A stretch of DNA of 10,034 nt from a virus. The stretch is taken from the UHGV virus genome UHGV-0258254. One strand, written 5' to 3'. The position numbers and the translations under genes are program-made. Below the pieces are notes generated by a model. That model saw only the letters and a list, made by a program, of their open reading frames with translations, did no database searches and was not told the origin of the DNA. This document shows, in pieces, positions 6,879-10,034 of this stretch; positions within the stretch are counted from its first letter, which is position 1; each line of letters starts with the position of its first letter.

Positions 6879-8066
6879 TCAATCTCCAAAAGCAATCCAG
6901 TAAGCAAAAGGATTTATTCCTTGCTCAGTCACAGATGACATCAGGGAAAATTGCGATGGTGAAACAGGTAATGCTGCAAAACTAACCATTGTTGACACAC
7001 CTGACCGTGCATTATCGTACGATGCAACAACACAATAATTGGTATTGCTGAAAGATATCGGCAGGGTGATATTTACAGGTGAGCCTAATGGCCCTGATGC
7101 TGATATTCCCATTTGAATGATGGTTCCATCAGGCAATTTTCTCCAGCGATTAGAACTCGGATTTCTTTTCCAGGATGACATATCCGGTATCTGATTTTCT
7201 CCTGTGCCCACATCCCTTTTCGCCGCTTCTCCCAAACCAAGGTATGCGAGAAGACCAGCTACATCCTTTCCACTCAAATGAGTCAGCGTCTCATCCAGTG
7301 GCTGCTTACCTGACAGCGCATTGTTAATGGTGGCGCTGAATTTCGGGTCATTGTTGATAGCTGCGGCAATTTCTTTCAGTGTGTCCAGCGTGTCAGGGGC
7401 ACCGTTAATCAGAGCGGTAATAGCGGCCTGTACAAACGCAGTGGTCGCAATCCGCGTGGTGTTATTTCCTGCGGCAGGCGTCGGCGCTTTTGGCTCTCCG
7501 GTAAATGTCGGATTATGTTTCTGTGCATACTGGGTATGAGGGTCCTGTGCGGCAATGTGGTTTCTCATCTGGTCATCCACATACAGCCTTAATTCCAGGA
7601 CTTCATCATCCACGTATTTACGGGTCGCCAGTACCACCGACGGGTCGATTTTCAGCGTAATAGCTTCGGTATTCGTGACAACCAGAATCATGCGGATAGT
7701 CTGGGTACGACCGCTGCCTTCCTGCAACTGCGGTTTGTACGTTTCCGGGCAGTTCGCCACCGCAATGAGTACGCCTTCATCATCATAAAGCCCAATCTCA
7801 CGGATCCAGAATCCGCCCTCGTTCTCAGGGATGATTTGCTCCGCAATAATCTGGCTCTGGTTGTTCGGGTCAACACTCAGAAGATTCAGCGGCGCGATAC
7901 GTTTCTGGTTAATCAGTTTTGTCTGTGCCGGGTCTGGTGTCGGCAAGACACCATTCGCATCACCAACGGCCATTTGCGTCAGATTCAGCTTACTGCCGAG
8001 CATCGTCGCGTTAGCCAGCCGTGCTGCGCCCTGATTAGTCAGAATGGCGTAGTATTTCACTGTCAT
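6879..8066 (-). CDS. H: Tail fibre protein (P2 gpH-like N-terminal constant region fused to the currently in-phase variable C-terminal cassette), 395 aa
   Basis: The N-terminus MTVKYYAILTNQGAARLANA…MAVGDANG…GGFWIREIGLYDDEGVLIAVAN…GSGRTQTIRM resembles the P2 H / Mu S fibre N-terminal domain, and TAFVQAAITALINGAPDTLDTLKEIAAAINNDPKF is a conserved fibre motif. The crossover site lies within the codons for LAYLGLGE (about residue 280). The gene sits downstream of I, as in P2. Confidence 0.85.
   Translation of the reverse strand: MTVKYYAILTNQGAARLANATMLGSKLNLTQMAVGDANGVLPTPDPAQTKLINQKRIAPLNLLSVDPNNQSQIIAEQIIPENEGGFWIREIGLYDDEGVLIAVANCPETYKPQLQEGSGRTQTIRMILVVTNTEAITLKIDPSVVLATRKYVDDEVLELRLYVDDQMRNHIAAQDPHTQYAQKHNPTFTGEPKAPTPAAGNNTTRIATTAFVQAAITALINGAPDTLDTLKEIAAAINNDPKFSATINNALSGKQPLDETLTHLSGKDVAGLLAYLGLGEAAKRDVGTGENQIPDMSSWKRNPSSNRWRKLPDGTIIQMGISASGPLGSPVNITLPISFSNTNYCVVASYDNARSGVSTMVSFAALPVSPSQFSLMSSVTEQGINPFAYWIAFGD
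7227..7252. other. Invertase crossover site 2 (hix/gix-like), plus strand TTCTCCCAAACC-AA-GGTATGCGAGAA, inside the tail fibre gene
   Basis: The left half TTCTCCCAAACC fits the Hin/Gin half-site pattern and the core is AA. It matches the reverse complement of site 1 at about 20 of 26 positions. Both sites encode G-L-G-E in the same phase. Confidence 0.75.
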
Positions 8067-8674
8067 GCGTTTACTCTCAGGTTATCAATTAAATGAATGG
8101 CCGAGGCCGGGAAATAATCCCCTCCGACAATAATGGCCTCCGGGGTGTAGGGATAAACCGTCAGGGCGTCGCCGTGATAGCATCCCGCACCGGCAAAAAT
8201 GTTGCCGGTTGTACTTAAACTGATAGCCAGTCCCGTCAGATGGCGGCTTGCAGGTTTTGCATCAGCAACGAGACGCTCCAGCTCCTGATACATTTCCTCG
8301 GTAATACCCTGCTCAAGCACGCCAACAACGATGCGGAACGTCCCCGGCTCCTCGTTGAGCTGCCACCACTCCCTCACCTCAATCAGATAGCCGAGCGGCT
8401 CCACCACACGGCGAATCGCACCAATAGTGCCCTTATGGCAGTGAATGAAATACGCATCGCGGATAACAGCGCGTTTTGTCGCTTCCGGCCACTTATCATC
8501 CCAGCGGTCAACCGAAAATGACCACGCCAGCCACGGCAGCAGATTTGCCGGGCAGGTGTCCGGGTTCCACAGCTCACGAATACTGACCGGCGTTTTTTCA
8601 ATTTCCGCACAGGCTTTTGCGGCGGCGACTTCAAGCGGTGATGAGCCGGTCGGCAGCAGTCGCGAATCACTCAT
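8063..8674 (-). CDS. I: Baseplate wedge / tail protein (P2 gpI-like), 203 aa
   Basis: It sits between J and H as in P2. Its start overlaps the J stop by 8 nt and its stop overlaps the H start (ATGA). The sequence MSDSRLLPTGSSPLEVAAAKA… is recognisable as gpI-like. Confidence 0.85.
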   Translation of the reverse strand: MSDSRLLPTGSSPLEVAAAKACAEIEKTPVSIRELWNPDTCPANLLPWLAWSFSVDRWDDKWPEATKRAVIRDAYFIHCHKGTIGAIRRVVEPLGYLIEVREWWQLNEEPGTFRIVVGVLEQGITEEMYQELERLVADAKPASRHLTGLAISLSTTGNIFAGAGCYHGDALTVYPYTPEAIIVGGDYFPASAIHLIDNLRVNA

Positions 8675-9575
8675 CCGAGCCTCCGGTCACGACGCTGTAT
8701 TCGGTGCAGAAAGACGCCTGCGTACTGTTGAGCACAATGTCGGCCAGTGGTGCGGCCAGCTCGACACGCTGCACGCCTTCCACATGCAAAGCGGCATAAA
8801 TGGCAGACAGACGGATGTCGCGCCCCAGCCGGTGCTGTGCCGTGATATACGCTTCCAGTTTTTTCACGGCGGCAGCGCGGATGGGTTCGCTTTCGGGACC
8901 AGGGTAAAGATACAGCGTGGCGTTTATCTGGTATTCAACGATGGCGGCAGACTGCACGGTCACGCGGTCGGCCACCGGCCTGACGTCCTCGCCATTAAGG
9001 GCGTTACGCACCACGGCCAGCAGGTCTTCGGATGCGACGCCGTTATTTTCACGTGACAGCACAGAGATGGTGACACAGGCAGGAGACGGGCTGGTGACAG
9101 AGATATCCGCGACACGCCCGTCGGCACTGCGACCATGATACTGATAGGCACCCACCGACCCGGCGACGCTTAAGCCCTCAAACGCCTGCTGAATACGCAG
9201 ACGATAATCGGTGTCAGACTCCATCACTGCCGGTGTCGGCGGGATAGTCGAATCATCTGCCGGGGTGATAATCAGGCGCGTGGTGTTGTAATTGGCACCA
9301 ATCACATCAAGGTCATTACCGGCAGCACAGGCCAGCATCACCGCCCGTGCAGCCTCATTCACACGCTGACGCCAGATAAGCTCACGATAAGCATTTTCCT
9401 CCAGCAGTTTGACGAGAGGCTCAGATTCCAGCGTCAGGGTACGGGCGACCGCCTCCTGCTGGTCTTCCGGGTAAAGGGAAATCAGTGTCGCCTTGCGTTC
9501 AGCGAGAATGGTTTCAAAGTCCAGCTCCTCGACCACATCCGGTGCGGGTAGCTGGTTCAGGTCGATAATCGGCAT
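8667..9575 (-). CDS. J: Baseplate assembly protein (P2 gpJ-like), 302 aa
   Basis: 302 aa, the size I recall for P2 gpJ. It lies immediately downstream of W. The sequence MPIIDLNQLPAPDVVEELDFETILAERKA… is recognisable. Confidence 0.9.
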   Translation of the reverse strand: MPIIDLNQLPAPDVVEELDFETILAERKATLISLYPEDQQEAVARTLTLESEPLVKLLEENAYRELIWRQRVNEAARAVMLACAAGNDLDVIGANYNTTRLIITPADDSTIPPTPAVMESDTDYRLRIQQAFEGLSVAGSVGAYQYHGRSADGRVADISVTSPSPACVTISVLSRENNGVASEDLLAVVRNALNGEDVRPVADRVTVQSAAIVEYQINATLYLYPGPESEPIRAAAVKKLEAYITAQHRLGRDIRLSAIYAALHVEGVQRVELAAPLADIVLNSTQASFCTEYSVVTGGSDE

Positions 9576-9579
9576 GGTT

Positions 9580-9927
9580 TCAACTCACAGGGATGGTTAA
9601 CGAAAGTGGCTGGCCGGTGTCGTTGTGCTGGCCGGTTAACGTGACCGTCATTCGCCCGTCAAAGCTGCGCGCCGTGGTGACGGATGACAGGGTGACGCGG
9701 GGTTCCCATTTCAGCACCGCCATGTAACAGGCGACCTTAATCTGCAACTCAAGCGCCGGGGTCTGCGGCTGGTCAATCATTGATGCCAGCAACGAGCCGT
9801 AATCACGACGCATCACCCGTGAGCCGACCGGTGTACGCAGGATATCGCCGATACTCTGGCTGATATGCTCAAGGTCAGTGACAGTCAGGCCATCACTGCG
9901 ATTCATTCCGAGATAACGCGCTGTCAT
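9580..9927 (-). CDS. W: Baseplate assembly protein (P2 gpW-like), 115 aa
   Basis: 115 aa beginning MTARYLGMNRSDGLTVTDLEHISQSIGDILRTPVGSRVMRRDYGS…, which I recognise as P2 gpW. Its start ATG overlaps the V stop (ATGA). Confidence 0.92.
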   Translation of the reverse strand: MTARYLGMNRSDGLTVTDLEHISQSIGDILRTPVGSRVMRRDYGSLLASMIDQPQTPALELQIKVACYMAVLKWEPRVTLSSVTTARSFDGRMTVTLTGQHNDTGQPLSLTIPVS

Positions 9928-10034
9928 AGAGGTCCCCCTGTTGTGCCGCCACTGTCGCCGGGGTGTTTATGGGTATGCAGTACCTTACCGTTTGATGAGA
10001 GTTCACCGCCGGTGTGTTCAATGTTGCCGCGCAT
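9924..10034 (-). CDS. V: Baseplate central spike protein (P2 gpV-like), C-terminal 36 codons only; the N-terminus lies beyond the window end
   Basis: Hand translation of the minus strand from the window end gives …MRGNIEHTGGELSSNGKVLHTHKHPGDSGGTTGGPL* in the frame that ends with a TGA overlapping the W start. Its position upstream of W matches P2. Confidence 0.8.
   Translation of the reverse strand: MRGNIEHTGGELSSNGKVLHTHKHPGDSGGTTGGPL

Larger units (their letters stand above)
5371..7240. other. Invertible DNA segment (about 1.87 kb) carrying two alternative tail-fibre C-terminal cassettes and their cognate assembly chaperones in opposite orientations
   Basis: It is bounded by inverted 26-bp crossover sites with central dinucleotides at 5371-5372 (tt) and 7239-7240 (aa). 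Its content, fibre C-terminus plus Tfa on each strand arranged convergently, mirrors the Mu G, P1 C and e14 P segments. The invertase gene lies immediately outside. Confidence 0.75.

Noticed and set aside
6302-8096. ORFs 6302-6574, 6453-6692, 7321-7539, 7555-7788, 7688-7876, 7831-8034 and 7836-8096 overlapping the Tfa and fibre genes
   Set aside because: They are out-of-frame or antisense to the fibre and chaperone genes, with no supporting features.
8240-9151. ORFs 8240-8521, 8383-8670, 8445-9056, 8617-8799, 8917-9138 and 8960-9151 overlapping gpI and gpJ
   Set aside because: They are shadow frames of the baseplate genes. The 203-aa plus-strand ORF 8445-9056 is Arg/Ser/Gly-rich, the typical antisense composition.
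1-10034. CRISPR array, tRNA/rRNA genes, integrase or att site, toxin-antitoxin or defence cargo
   Set aside because: There are no short regularly spaced repeats, no tRNA-like cloverleaf candidates, and no unassigned intergenic space large enough for cargo. The G-FI hotspot position is occupied only by the invertase.

Overview
This window is the tail-morphogenesis module of a P2-like (Peduovirus-type) prophage from an enterobacterial host, almost entirely on the minus strand. Reading high to low coordinates the order is V (3' end only), W, J, I, tail fibre H, tail-fibre assembly, [serine DNA invertase], sheath FI, tube FII, E/E+E', tape measure T, which matches the P2 late-operon order. Two things depart from a plain P2 tail cluster. 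First, a roughly 1.9 kb invertible tail-fibre cassette (two imperfect 26-bp hix/gix-like crossover sites in inverted orientation at 5359-5384 and 7227-7252, with an adjacent Hin/Gin/Pin-family invertase) carries a silent alternative fibre C-terminus plus its own assembly chaperone on the plus strand. Second, the 3' end of the tape measure gene is scrambled: bases 1-442 are a mosaic of a direct copy (1-164, matching 568-731) and an inverted copy (164-442, matching 849-1127) of internal T-gene sequence, so the T reading frame ends in antisense-derived codons, and the expected downstream U and D genes are not in the window. I see no CRISPR array, tRNA, rRNA, integrase, attachment site or obvious defence or cargo gene; the many plus-strand ORFs in the track are antisense shadows of the real genes. 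Product and family assignments rest on my recognition of the protein sequences and P2 gene order, not on a database search. Nothing here looks like a wholly undescribed system; the invertible cassette in a P2 backbone and the tape-measure rearrangement are the parts worth a second look.
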